A stretch of DNA of 64,000 nt, from assembly GCA_963800175.1 (NCBI GenBank), contig CAWCZS010000001.1, positions 71,490 to 135,489 of the forward strand, read 5' to 3'. Within the stretch, counting starts at the first letter, position 1. Every line of letters begins with the position of its first letter. The notes beneath the pieces were generated by a model. It saw only the letters and a list, made by a program, of their open reading frames with translations, was not told the DNA's origin and made no database searches. A program made the position numbers and the translations under genes. Origin of the DNA: Candidatus Dormiibacterota bacterium. Its GTDB lineage: Bacteria; Chloroflexota; Dormibacteria; Aeolococcales; Aeolococcaceae. This document shows, piece by piece, positions 52,399 to 63,309 of this stretch.

Positions 52399-53519
52399 TC
52401 GCCGCAACCACGACCACCACGTCCAGCGGATTCAACCCGCTCTCGATCTTCTCGATCCTCCAGTACCCGTTCGGGTGGGTGCTCCAGGAACTGGTCAAGG
52501 TCTTCACCAGCGTGGGACCGCTGAAAGCGGTCGGCGCCTTCGGGCTGTCGGTCATCGTGCTGACGATCGGCATCCGCGCCGTGCTGTTCCCCGTCTTCGG
52601 CTGGCAGCTGCGTACGTCGCGCCGCATCCAGGCGGAGCAGCGTCTGGTCGCTCCGCAGCTGCAGGAGCTGCGCAAGAAATACAAGAAAGAGCCGCAGCGC
52701 TTGAGCCAGGAGATGAACGCGCTCTACAAGGAGCACGGGATCAGCCCCTTCTCGAGCCTCACCGGCTGCATCCCCGCGCTGGTGCAGATGCCGGTGCTGA
52801 TCGGGCTGTATCAATCGATCAAGGCGGTCACGCTCACGCTCAAGCCCGGCGACAAGGGCTTCCTCTGGATCAGCGACGTGACTCAGTCCGCGCAACAGGC
52901 GTGCTGCTCGGCGAAGGGAGCGACGCTCGCGAACGTGTTCGTGCACCCGGCGCTGCTCATCCTGCCGCTCATCGCCGGCGGATTCACCTTCGCGCAGTCG
53001 CGAATGATGATGCCGCCGACTCGTCCGGACATGTCCGACCAGGAGCGCTCCATGCAGGGCGTCACCCGGCAGATGTCGTTCATCTTCCCGGTGATGATCT
53101 TCGTGTTCAGCTTCCTGTTCCCGCAGGGGCTGGCGATCTACTGGGCGACCGGCACGATGTTCATGGTCGCGCAGCAATACCACCTGCTCGGATGGAACGG
53201 GCTCGCGGTTCCGTCGTGGTTCCCAGGAGCGAATCGAGTCACAGCGCTGACGATTCCTCGGACCCCGGTCAAGACCGGCGCCGGCTCGGGCGCGGGGAAG
53301 AAGACAACGATCGTGGTGGACGCCAAGAATGGGACCGGCAAGAACGGCGCCCGCAACGGCACGAAAGCGAGTGCCAATGGCAGCGCGGCCGCCGCCAACG
53401 GGACCAGACCGAACGGCAAGGCGGAAGTGTCCGAAGAGCCACCGGTCCGATCCCAGAGCGCAACGGCGCGCTCGTTGGCACGACCCAATAGACCGAATAG
53501 ACGGAGGCGGCGCCGCTGA
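52395..53519 (+). CDS. yidC: Membrane protein insertase YidC
   Basis: [49 protein letters not shown]. Confidence 0.95.
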   Translation: MIAATTTTTSSGFNPLSIFSILQYPFGWVLQELVKVFTSVGPLKAVGAFGLSVIVLTIGIRAVLFPVFGWQLRTSRRIQAEQRLVAPQLQELRKKYKKEPQRLSQEMNALYKEHGISPFSSLTGCIPALVQMPVLIGLYQSIKAVTLTLKPGDKGFLWISDVTQSAQQACCSAKGATLANVFVHPALLILPLIAGGFTFAQSRMMMPPTRPDMSDQERSMQGVTRQMSFIFPVMIFVFSFLFPQGLAIYWATGTMFMVAQQYHLLGWNGLAVPSWFPGANRVTALTIPRTPVKTGAGSGAGKKTTIVVDAKNGTGKNGARNGTKASANGSAAAANGTRPNGKAEVSEEPPVRSQSATARSLARPNRPNRRRRRR

Positions 53520-53538
53520 GCGCGGCGTCGAGGGAGAA

Positions 53539-54297
53539 GTGGTGAGCGAGACCAGGGTGAGTGCAGTTCAAGCGGATACCGAGGATGGGGTCGAGGCGCG
53601 TGGAGCGACAATCGAGGAGGCTGTCAGCAACGCGCTGACGCAGCTCGGCGCCAATCGCGAGCAGGTGGAGGTGCAGGTTCTTTCTCCGGAGAGCAGACCG
53701 CTTCCGGGAGAACGCCTCTCGAGCGGCGAGCGGCGCGTGCGCGTCTACCGCATCGACGAGCACGCCGCCAACGCGAGAGCGCTCCTCGAGGAATTGCTGA
53801 CGCGGATGGAAGTGCCGTGCCGCGTGAGCGTGCGTCGTGGCACGGGGACCGCGACCGCCTCGTCCGGTGGTCCGGTGATCCTCGACATTGCCGGCGACGA
53901 CCTCGGCCTCCTCATCGGATGGCGCGGCGAGACGCTGCGGTCACTGCAGACGGCGGTGAACCTCATGCTCGGCGAGGAAGGCGTGGAGACCCGCCGGGTG
54001 ATCCTCGACGTGGAGCGGTATCGCGCACGCCGTGAGGACCAGGTGCGTGAGCTCGCCGAGCGGCTCGCGTTGCGTGTCAAGCGGACCGGCGAGCCGTACA
54101 CGCTCGACCCGATGCACGCGTACGAGCGCCGCGTGATTCACATGACGCTGGCAGACGACCCCGACGTGACCACCGAGAGCGCGGGCCGCGAGCCGGCGCG
54201 TCGCGTGGTCATCAACCCCACGGGTCCGGCGCAGGGCGGCCCGCCCGAGCGCTTCGAAGGAGCCCGCCCGGGCCGGTCGTCCGGGCGCTCGTACTGA
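53539..54297 (+). CDS. khpB: Jag/KhpB (EloR) RNA-binding protein
   Basis: Jag_N (GATIEEA), KH GLLIGWRGETL, R3H ERRVIH. Confidence 0.92.
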   Translation: MVSETRVSAVQADTEDGVEARGATIEEAVSNALTQLGANREQVEVQVLSPESRPLPGERLSSGERRVRVYRIDEHAANARALLEELLTRMEVPCRVSVRRGTGTATASSGGPVILDIAGDDLGLLIGWRGETLRSLQTAVNLMLGEEGVETRRVILDVERYRARREDQVRELAERLALRVKRTGEPYTLDPMHAYERRVIHMTLADDPDVTTESAGREPARRVVINPTGPAQGGPPERFEGARPGRSSGRSY

Positions 54298-55569
54298 CCG
54301 AGTTCGGCGTCGAGTCCCTGGCCGGGGGAACCCGGCTCACGGCTGTCCCGCTGGCCGGTCGCGCGTCAGTGGCGATCGCGTTCATGGTCGGCGTCGGCTC
54401 GCGCAACGAGACCGAGTCGGAGAGCGGCATCAGCCACTTCGTCGAGCACATGGTGTTCAAGGGAGGGAAGCGATTCCCGACTGCGCGTGACATCAGCGAG
54501 GCAATCGAAGGCGTGGGCGGTGTGCTCAACGCAGCCACCGATCGCGAGGCAACAGTGTTCTGGACGCGCGTCCCGGTCGCAAAGCTCGGACTGGCGGTGT
54601 CGGTGCTCAGCGACATGCTGCTGAGCCCGGTGCTCGACGAGGCCGAGGTGGCCAAGGAACGCCAGGTGGTCATCGAAGAGTTGCGCATGTACCAGGACAA
54701 CCCGCAGGACTACGTGCAGATCGCCTTCGACGCGCTGATGTGGCCGGACCATCCGCTGGGATGGGATGTCGCAGGCCGCGAGGAGACCGTTCTGTCGTTC
54801 ACGGCGGACGACTGCCGCATGCATCTCGCCAAGCACATGCTCCCGTCGACGCTCGTGGTGAGCATCGCCGGCGGTTTCGAGCCGGCGGATGCACGGGCGA
54901 TGATCGACGACGCGATCGGGCCGTGGGCCGCGAAGCGTCGCGCGATTCCCGCGCCCGCGGTTGCGGCGACACCGCCGACCGGATCGCCACTTCGAGTGAT
55001 CCGGCGAAGCGCGGAGCAGGCGAACATCCTGGTGGGCGCGCGCGCACCGTCATACAACGACCCCGACCGCCATGTCGCCGACATCCTCAACGTGATCCTC
55101 GGCGAGGGCATGTCGAGCCGCCTCTTCCTCGAGCTTCGCGAGCAGCGCGGACTCGTGTACGACGTGCATTCGTTCATGAACCGCATGTCGGACACCGGAG
55201 TCCTCGGGATCGGCCTCGCGTGCGAGCCGCGCCAGGCTGCGACGGCGCTCGAGGCAGCGATCGTTGAGCTGCGCAAGCTGGCGGAGGAGCCCGTCGGCGC
55301 CGCCGAGCTGACGAAAGCCCGCGAATACGCGAAGGGCCGGCTGCTGCTGTCGCTGGAGAGCACGCTCCGCGCTGTGCGAGTACGCCGGCCAGCAACTCCT
55401 GCTGCAGGGAACGATCACCGAGCCCGACGAGCTGGTGGCGCGTCTCGAGTCAGTTGAAGCGACGCAGGTCAGCGAGCTCGCCGCGCGGCTGCTCACGTCG
55501 GGGCTTCGCGCCGCTGTGGTCGGGCCGTTCCGCAGCGAAGCCCGGTTCGAGAAGGCGATCGCGGTGTGA
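54294..55569 (+). CDS. M16 (pitrilysin family) zinc peptidase (frameshift near 55365)
   Basis: GSRNE, SHFVEH (HxxEH), GMSSRLF; frame opens at CTG 54294 overlapping the khpB stop. Confidence 0.9.
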
Positions 55570-55576
55570 TGGCCGC

Positions 55577-56050
55577 ATGTCAGACTTCCGCGCTGTGAGT
55601 GTCGAGCGGACTCTCGTCCTGGTCAAGCCTGACGGCGTGCAACGGCGCCTCGTGGGCGAGTTGATTTCGCGTTTTGAACGCCGTGGATTGCACCTTGTCG
55701 CGCTCAAGCTGCTGCGCATGGACCGTGCCCTCGCCGAACGCCACTACGCCGAGCACGTCGGCAAACCGTTCTTCGCCGGCCTCGTCGATTTCATCACGTC
55801 GGCGCCGGTTGTGGCCATGGTGTGGGAGGGCGATGACGCCGTCGCGCAGGTGCGCTCCATGATGGGCGCCACCAATCCGTCGGCCGCGGCCCCGGGCAGC
55901 ATCCGCGGCGACCTTGCGGTCACCATTGGCAATAACGTGGTGCACGGGAGTGATTCACCCGGTCGTGGTGCGGAGGAGGTAGCGCTCTTCTTTCAGCCCG
56001 ATGAGCTCATCGAATGGAGCGCCGGCGACTCCACATGGGTAAACGGCTGA
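55577..56050 (+). CDS. ndk: Nucleoside diphosphate kinase
   Basis: [28 protein letters not shown]. Confidence 0.96.
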   Translation: MSDFRAVSVERTLVLVKPDGVQRRLVGELISRFERRGLHLVALKLLRMDRALAERHYAEHVGKPFFAGLVDFITSAPVVAMVWEGDDAVAQVRSMMGATNPSAAAPGSIRGDLAVTIGNNVVHGSDSPGRGAEEVALFFQPDELIEWSAGDSTWVNG

Positions 56051-56063
56051 TCCCGTTGCGGGG

Positions 56064-56843
56064 CTAGTTCGGCGGGTCGGAGTTCGGCGGCGCGCTCTGT
56101 GCAGCGGCGAGCTTGCGCATCCGCCGCCGGCGCCAGCGCCAGGCCTCGAATCCCGCGATGCCGAACGCGGGAAACACGAGTGCAGAGGTGGTCACGGGCT
56201 CGAAGCTCGGCCCCGCGCCAAGACTGCCGAAATGATCGAGCGGCCAGATGCGCAGGATCGCCTTGGCGAGAATGTTCTTGCGCGGCACCAGTCCGAACAC
56301 ACGTGAATCGCTTGAGTAATTGCGGTTGTCGCCCATCACGAAATATTCGTTTGCGGGGATTGTCAGCGCCTGCGGTGTGGATGACGCCATGCCGGTGGAG
56401 GTACAGCAGTACTTCAGCGTCGTCCACGCCTGAGGCAGATACGGCTCGTCCAGGACCTGGAACGGACCTTTGCCGTCCGGCTTGATGAGCACCTCGGTGG
56501 GGTTGTGGTCACCGTCAATCTCGATGACATCGCCAGGAAGTCCGATGACCCGCTTGATGAAATCCTGGGTGGGATCCGACGGCGGGATCAGGATCACGAT
56601 ATCGCCGCGCTGCGGGTTCTGGCCGAAGTCGTACGAGATCTTGCTGGCGAGGAGCAGGTCCTGGTTCTGCAGCGTCCCGACCATGCTTTCGCCGTCGACC
56701 CGAACCGTCTGCAGCGCAAATGCGATGGCGACGTAAAGGATCACGGCGATCAGCAGCACCTCGACGGTGTCGCGGACCCACGATCCTCGCCACCAGGGAC
56801 TTGGCGCGCTCGTCACTTCCGGAGGAGGGAGTACCTGAGCCAC
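56064..56843 (-). CDS. lepB: Signal peptidase I
   Basis: GESM, FIKRVIGLPGD, FVMGDNRNYSSDSR. Confidence 0.95.
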   Translation of the reverse strand: MAQVLPPPEVTSAPSPWWRGSWVRDTVEVLLIAVILYVAIAFALQTVRVDGESMVGTLQNQDLLLASKISYDFGQNPQRGDIVILIPPSDPTQDFIKRVIGLPGDVIEIDGDHNPTEVLIKPDGKGPFQVLDEPYLPQAWTTLKYCCTSTGMASSTPQALTIPANEYFVMGDNRNYSSDSRVFGLVPRKNILAKAILRIWPLDHFGSLGAGPSFEPVTTSALVFPAFGIAGFEAWRWRRRRMRKLAAAQSAPPNSDPPN

Positions 56844-56916
56844 TCGGGCCGATTATGAGCGGAACCACCCGAAGCGCCACGGTTGTGGCCAGGACGCGCT
56901 GCTCCATCATGGGTAT

Positions 56917-58980
56917 GTGACAACGGGGGTCCGTCGCCTCGCCGCGGTGCTGGTCGCGATCTTCGCAGCCCTGGCAATCCCGCTCGTCGCCTCGGCCCAC
57001 GCGCTGCTCTCCGCCTCGTCACCGCCCGCCGGCGCCCATCTCGGCACGGCTCCCGGAGTGGTCATTCTCGAGTTCGACCAGCCGCTCAACGCCCAGCTGT
57101 CCTTTGCCTCGGTCGCCGACCCGACGGGGCACCAATGGCAGGGTCAGGTCGACAGCGCCGAGGAGATCCGGATTCCGCTGGCGACCAACGCCGCCGGCGT
57201 CTACACGGTCGACTGGACGACGGTCAGCGCGTTCGACGGCCATCGCGTCACCGGAAGCTTCACCTTCGACGTCGGTATCTCAGGGGCCGGCTCGTCGGTG
57301 CTTGCCGCGAACTCAGTTCCAGGACCCGCGCCGTCCGACATCGCGATCGGTGCGATCAAGTGGATCGAGGCGCTGGCGCTGCTCTTCCTGGCGGGGCAAC
57401 TCCTGCTCAGCCGGCTCGGACGACGATCGCCGCAGCTCGAGTGGATCAAGCCGGGCTTTCGGGCGTCGAGCATCGCGCTCTCGGCGGGGCTCGTGTCCGT
57501 GTGGGCGGAGGCGACCGTCGCGTCCGGCGGGCACAGCATCAGCGGCTACCTGGACGTTTTTCAACGGGCTCTCCGGAGCTGCGTTGATCGCCCGCCTCTG
57601 CTTCGAAGTACTCGCGTTGGTCGCGGTCGTCCTCGACTCGAGAACGCTGCCGATCTGGGTTGCGGGTGCGCTGGTGATGCTCGCGGCGGGCGGTCACGCT
57701 GCAGGGGTCGATCCGGCCTGGTACGGGATCGGTCTCGACGCAGTGCATCTCCTCGCGGCCGGCCTCTGGGCAGGAGGCATCGCCGCGATGGCGCTCGTGC
57801 ATCCTCCGGGCGGCTGGCGGTCCAGCGAGGCGCGGGTGCTGCTCGCCAGATTCACGCCGGTTGCGCTTGCGGCGTTCGGCACCACGGTGGTCGCGGGAGG
57901 GCTGGAGGCGATCACGCAACTCGGCTCCATCCAGGCGCTGTTCGGCACTGCGTACGGACGCGTGCTGCTCGTGAAAATGGCGCTAGTCGCACTGATGCTG
58001 CCGCTCTCCGCGATGGCGTGGCGCCTCAAACGGCCCCACCTGCGCATCGAGGCCACCATTGCAGTGGGCGTGGTGGCCGCGGCAGCATTGCTCTCGTCCT
58101 TTCCGACGCCACCAACCGCGGCTGCTCGTCAAGCCGCTGAAGACGCGGCGGCGACCCCGACGGAAGGCCTCCCGACCGCATGACGAGCTCACCATGGCCG
58201 GCGCCGCGGGGTCCATCCTCGTCGGTTTGAGCCTGTCGCCCGGGCTACCCGGGGTGAATCACGCCACCGTCTACCTCCTTCCACCTGCGGGAAGCACCAA
58301 GGCGCAAGGGCTCGCCGCCAATATCGCGGTCAATGGCGTCTATCAGGCGCTGGTGCCCTGCGGAGATACGTGCCGCTCCGCGAACATCGATATCAAGCAG
58401 GGCGACGTCGTCTGGGTGGAAACGGAGAACGCCGGGGGCGGCCAGGCGACGTTCACGATCCCCCACCTTCCCGCCCCGTCGGGCGCGGCCCTCCTGGCAC
58501 AGCTCGAATCGACCATGAAAGCGCTGTCGGCCTTCCAGTACACCGAGACCCTCAACACGGGCACAGCGGTTGAGCGCACCACCTGGTCGTCGGACGCCCC
58601 TGACCGCAGCGCGTGGACGATCAACGAGAGTGGCCGGACCATCTGGATCGGCAGCACGTTCTACACGCAGGAGGCACCGGGGCAGCCGTGGCACGAAGAG
58701 CCATCGGTGTCGCCGAACACGGTCTCGACGTCGTTCACGTGGGACTTCTTCACGCCGCTGACCGAATGCGCACGTGCTCGGGGAGGCGATGCTTGATGGC
58801 GTGCCAACGACCATGGTCGCGACCTTCGGCGATGCCATCTCCACGCCGATCTGGTTCACCTTCTGGGTCGACGCGTCCGGGCGCGTCCGCCAGGTGGCGA
58901 TGGACGCGCAGGAGCACTTCATGATCGACACGTACACGAGCTACAACAAACCGGTGGTCATCGACCCGCCGACCACCTGA
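56917..58980 (+). CDS. CopC-CopD copper resistance fusion with C-terminal extracytoplasmic domain (frameshifted)
   Basis: ASAHALLSASSP, DGHRVTGSFTF (CopC); GHA, HLLAAGLWAGG, TAYGRVLLVK (CopD). Confidence 0.82.
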
Positions 58981-59061
58981 CGGCGCTGCGAGATCCCTCC
59001 CCACGCTGCCAGAATGTGAGCGAACCACGACTGCGGACCAGGTTCATACACGAGGCATGAG

Positions 59062-59694
59062 ATGGCGCTCCTGACCCAGACCCCCTACAAGGCAAGGACG
59101 TTCGACCTCTCCGGACTGACCGGCATCTCGGACAACACCCTCGAAGTCCATTTCGGACTTTATGCCGGTTATGTCAAAAACACGAACCTCCTCAACGAGC
59201 AGTTGGTCACCATGCAGGCTGCGGGCCAGGGCCTGTCGTCGAATCCCGCGTACTCGGAGATCACCCGTCGACTCGGCTTTGAGTACAACGGAATGGTGCT
59301 GCACGAGTGGTATTTCGGAAACCTCACAAAGGCCACCGGCGGCGGCATCTCATCGTCGTCGGCGCTCGGTCGCGCACTCGGCGAGTCGTTCGGCGACATC
59401 GAAACGTGGCGCAAGGATTTCACCGCCATCGGTGGTATGCGCGGCGTGGGCTGGGCGGTGACATACCTGGACACTGCAACAGGCAGGCTCAGCAATCACT
59501 GGATCACGCTGCACGAGGACGGCAACATCGCGGGCTTCAAGCCCATCGTTGTGATGGACGTCTGGGAGCATGCGTTCCTGCTGGACTACAAGCCGGCCGA
59601 CCGCCCGAAGTACATCGAGGCGTTCCTCGCGAACTTCGACGCGGACGCGGCTGAGGCTCGTCTCACCGGGGCAGCGGACCGACCCGTCGGCTGA
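59062..59694 (+). CDS. Fe/Mn superoxide dismutase family protein (ChrC-like divergent type)
   Basis: H.GLY.GYV, NGMVLHEWYF, MDVWEHAF. Confidence 0.88.
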   Translation: MALLTQTPYKARTFDLSGLTGISDNTLEVHFGLYAGYVKNTNLLNEQLVTMQAAGQGLSSNPAYSEITRRLGFEYNGMVLHEWYFGNLTKATGGGISSSSALGRALGESFGDIETWRKDFTAIGGMRGVGWAVTYLDTATGRLSNHWITLHEDGNIAGFKPIVVMDVWEHAFLLDYKPADRPKYIEAFLANFDADAAEARLTGAADRPVG

Positions 59695-59712
59695 GGGTTC
59701 ACTCGCTGCGCG

Positions 59713-60270
59713 TCACATCGCTTCGTGGTGCGGGCGACAGGGGACGGGCGGCACCGCTCAGCGTTTGTCGCGCCCTCCTTGGCGCGCGATCACATCGCTT
59801 CGTGCCGCCGGCGCCAGGGGACGGGCGGCACCGTGCTCAGCCTTGTCCGCTCCCTCGTTCGCGCAACCCTATTGTCGCGCTCTCTCGGTCGCTCCCAAAT
59901 TCGCTGGGTGCCGCCCGTCCCCTGTCGCCTTACATGCGTTGTGCCGTCGCGCTCTCTCGGTCGCTCCCAAATTCGCTGGGCGCCGCCCGTCCCCTGTCGC
60001 CTTACATGCGTTGTGCCGTCGCGCTCTCTCGGTCGCTTCCAAATTCGCTGGGTGCCGCCCGTCCCCTGTCGCCTTACACGCTTTGAGCCGTCGCGCTCTT
60101 TCGGTCGCTTCCAAATTCGCTGGGTGCCGCCCGTCCCCTGTCGCCTTACATGCGTTGTGTCGTCGCGCTCTCTCGGTCGCTCCCAAAGGCGCTGGTTGCC
60201 GCCTGTCCCCCGTCGCCTGACGCGCGTTGCGCTGGCGCGCTCACTCGGCGGCTCCAAATTCGTTGGGGTG
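59713..60270. repeat. Intergenic repeat mosaic: two ~77-bp units plus ~5.5 tandem 72-bp units sharing a 23-bp core in inverted orientation
   Basis: 72-bp units start at 59874, 59946, 60018, 60090, 60162 and 60234 (degenerate); core GGTGCCGCCCGTCCCCTGTCGCC; reverse complement at 59733-59755 and 59810-59832. Confidence 0.93.
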
Positions 60271-60289
60271 CCCTGTCTCGTGGCGCGTG

Positions 60290-61200
60290 CTACAGCGTGG
60301 GGCCGCCCAGCTTGCGGTAGAGGGCGTCCAGGTCTGAGTCGTCGGCCCAGTCGATCACGAGGCGGCCGCCGCCGCCTTTGCGACGCTGGAGGCGGACGGG
60401 GACGCCGAGGGCTTGCTCGAGGCCGCGTCGCAGTGCCTGGTCGTCGGGAGTCGTTTCCTCGGGTGCGGCACTCGGAGATGGCTGGCGTGGCGGCGCTGTG
60501 GCCCGCGTGAGCCGCTCCTGGACGGCGCGCTCGGTGTCGCGGACGTTCAGGCTGTCGGCGATCACGATGGCCGCGATGGCCTCCTGATCGGCGGCAAGGG
60601 GGAGCACGAGCAAAGCGCGCGCGTGGCTGGCGGTGAGGCGGGAGTCGGCGACCGCTTCCTGCACGGGAGCCGGGAGATCGAGCAGGCGGATTGCGTTCGA
60701 GATCCCCGATCGACTCCGTCCGAGCCGAAGGGCAATCGCCTCATGCGTGAGGCCGAATGCATCGGAGAGGCGCGCATATGCCGCCGCCTCTTCCATGGGG
60801 TTCAGATCAGCTCGCTGCAGGTTCTCGGTGAGCGCCATCTCGAGCTGGTTGCGGCTCGATTCGGCGGCGGGCCTGACGATCGCGGGGATGCTCGACACGC
60901 CTGCGAGCTGCGCAGCTCTGAGCCGGCGCTCGCCCGCCACGAGGATGTATGAATCGCCGTCACGCTGTACGACGATCGGATGGAGCAGCCCGTGCAGCCG
61001 GATCGAACTCTCCGAGTGCCGCAAGGCGCTTCGGGGTCAAAGGCTCGGCGGGGTTGCTCCGGGTTGGGCGTGACTGTCCGCGGATCGAGGGTGATCAGCG
61101 GCGATCCTTCCTCAGCCTCCGCTTCATTGGTCAGGAGCGCTTCGAGCCCGCGGCCCAGGCCGCGCCGGCGGAACGCGCGAGGCGGCGTTTGCTCGCTCAC
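60290..61200 (-). CDS. parB: Chromosome partitioning protein ParB (frameshift near 61025)
   Basis: RRGLGRGLEALL, PNPEQPRRAF, AGERRLRA, ENLQRADLNPMEEA, HARAL. Confidence 0.95.
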
Positions 61201-62006
61201 GCCGGGCTCGGGATGCCGGCGGCCGCAAGAGACGCCCCACTGCGGATTCGGGCGTCGAGATTGGCGCTCAACTCCCGGTAGGCGATCGCGCCTCGGCAGG
61301 TCGGGTCGTACAGGGTGATCGGCAGGCCGTGGCTCGGCGCCTCGCTGAGGCGCACGTTGCGGGGAATGAGCGGGGTGAGCAGCTGGTCGCCGAATCGCGC
61401 GCGGACCTCGTCCACGACCTGGTGCGCGAGCGCGAGGCGGGCATCGAAGAGGGTCATGACGATGCCGGCGATGCCGAGGGTCGGGTTCAGCTCGCGGCGG
61501 AGGAGCGTCAGTGTATGCATGAGGAGCCCGAGCCCCTCGAGGGCGTAGAACTCGCACTGGATCGGGATGAGCAGGGCATGTGCCGCCACCACGGCGTTGA
61601 TTGCGAGCAGCCCGAGGCTTGGCGGCGAGTCGATGAGCACGTAGTCGTCGTCCGAATTGAGCGCCTCGAGCGCGTACTGGAGGCGGCGTTCCCGCCGCGC
61701 GAGATCGACCAGCTCGATCTCCGACCCGGCAAGCGCGATATCCGAAGGCACCACGTCCAGCCCGGGTACGGCTGTCGGCAGCCGCGCCTCAGCGAGGGAG
61801 CGGCCCATGACGATGACGTCGTAGATGCTCGTCTGGACGCGGCTCCGATCCACGCCAAGTCCGGACGTGGCGTTGGCCTGGGGGTCGATGTCGATCAGGA
61901 GCACCTTCCGGCCCATCTCGGCGAGCGCTGCGCCCACGCTGACAGCCGTGGTGGTCTTTCCGACGCCGCCCTTCTGATTGGCGACCGCGAGAATGGTAGG
62001 TGGCAC
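61197..62006 (-). CDS. parA: ParA/Soj ATPase
   Basis: NQKGGVGKTTT, DPQAN, DSPPSLG, QCEFYALEG, RNVRLSEAPS. Confidence 0.96.
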   Translation of the reverse strand: MPPTILAVANQKGGVGKTTTAVSVGAALAEMGRKVLLIDIDPQANATSGLGVDRSRVQTSIYDVIVMGRSLAEARLPTAVPGLDVVPSDIALAGSEIELVDLARRERRLQYALEALNSDDDYVLIDSPPSLGLLAINAVVAAHALLIPIQCEFYALEGLGLLMHTLTLLRRELNPTLGIAGIVMTLFDARLALAHQVVDEVRARFGDQLLTPLIPRNVRLSEAPSHGLPITLYDPTCRGAIAYRELSANLDARIRSGASLAAAGIPSPA

Positions 62007-62230
62007 GGTTAGCGGCTGATTATGGGCGGATCGCCGCGCCCCCCATCCGGACAGCGAGTTATCCCGTGTTTCCCCAGGCAAGGCTCAAGCGATTCAGGCG
62101 CAGCCGAGTTGGAACGGCCACAACGCCGCCGCAAGCTGTGGAAAACTCTGGGTGCTCCACACCGGGCTGTCAGGCAATGTTCAGCACGCAACTTGACGGT
62201 GAAACAACAAGCGGCTCTATCGTTGGCCCT

Positions 62231-62638
62231 GTGGCGTCCCAAGCACCGCCTGACGCGACTTCGGCCGGTGGCGGACAAGACGTGCAGGAGGACGATCTGG
62301 CCGTCGGATTTCTCCTCGGGCTGCTCGTCGGTGAGGGTCACTTCGGCGGCGACGGCCGCCAGCCGCAGGTGACGCTGCGCATGCACGTCCGCCACGAGCA
62401 AACCTTCGAGTGGCTGCGCAGCACGTATGCGGGAAGTGCCCTCTACGGTCCGTACCACCACGGGGGCCGTTCCTACTACCAGTGGTCGGCTCGTGGGCGC
62501 TACCTACGCGAGGTCATCGTGCCGCTCGTCCAGCGCCACAGGGATCTGCTCGACGCCTATACGGCGGATCGATTCGACACCATGTGCGAGCGGTACACGA
62601 TCGCTCGGGATCCTGCCGGCGCTGCGCCGGAGCACTGA
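62231..62638 (+). CDS. Small protein with a single LAGLIDADG-like motif
   Basis: FLLGLLVGEGHF followed by a beta-rich QVTLRM...YYQW pattern; GTG 62231 (or 62282). Confidence 0.7.
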   Translation: MASQAPPDATSAGGGQDVQEDDLAVGFLLGLLVGEGHFGGDGRQPQVTLRMHVRHEQTFEWLRSTYAGSALYGPYHHGGRSYYQWSARGRYLREVIVPLVQRHRDLLDAYTADRFDTMCERYTIARDPAGAAPEH

Positions 62639-62664
62639 GCGCGCCCCGCTACAATCCGTGGGCG

Positions 62665-63309
62665 ATGCTCGCTCCTTCCGCGCAGACCTGGCGCCTTCTG
62701 TCCGCCGCGCCTCCTCGCGAGGTCTTCGCGATCATGGAGCAGATGATCGGCACGCCCCCGTATCGCTACGAGGTCGTCGGAGACAGCGAAGCCCGGATCG
62801 TGGAGCACCGCCGTCGCGGCCTCTTCGGAAATTGGGGTCGGCCCAAGGTACGAATTCGCTGGGTGCGGTGCCGCGCAGTGACGGTGACCGAGGGGACGTG
62901 GGTTGAGGTGGAGGCCAGCTCCGGCGGCGGGCTGATCTCCAAGGCGATGGGCAAGGCAGATCGTGGCCCGACCACCCGGGCACTGCAGGTGATCCGGCTG
63001 CTCACCGCGGGCGCGGCCAACTCGCGAACCGTTTACCGGGACAGGCGCATTCCACCGGGTCCGGTGACGCTGGTTGCTTCATGGGCGGGAACGCCATACC
63101 GGCTCTTCACGGAGCCGAGGCGCGACGCTACTCGCGGGCGCGAGATCCTCACTGCCACCGAGGTCGTCGCGCTCGCGGAGCGCAGCGGCCAGTTCGTGAA
63201 GGTACGCGTTGCCGGCACCGACGAGGGCTGGGTCGAAAGCGACCAGATTGTCCCGTCGCCGGCCGTCTCGACCCGTGCGGCACAGGTCGAGACGGCGCGT
63301 TTCACCTGA
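62665..63309 (+). CDS. Hypothetical protein with C-terminal SH3-like domain
   Basis: TACAAT upstream; FVKVRV...EGWVESDQI SH3b-like ending. Confidence 0.7.
   Translation: MLAPSAQTWRLLSAAPPREVFAIMEQMIGTPPYRYEVVGDSEARIVEHRRRGLFGNWGRPKVRIRWVRCRAVTVTEGTWVEVEASSGGGLISKAMGKADRGPTTRALQVIRLLTAGAANSRTVYRDRRIPPGPVTLVASWAGTPYRLFTEPRRDATRGREILTATEVVALAERSGQFVKVRVAGTDEGWVESDQIVPSPAVSTRAAQVETARFT

Noticed and set aside
59874-60270. CRISPR array
   Set aside because: Units repeat over their whole 72 bp with no unique spacers; no cas genes in the window.
59570-60510. Repeat-spanning ORFs in several frames
   Set aside because: A 72-bp unit (24 codons) keeps several frames open on both strands; no SD or coding bias, and some ORFs overlap sod or parB.
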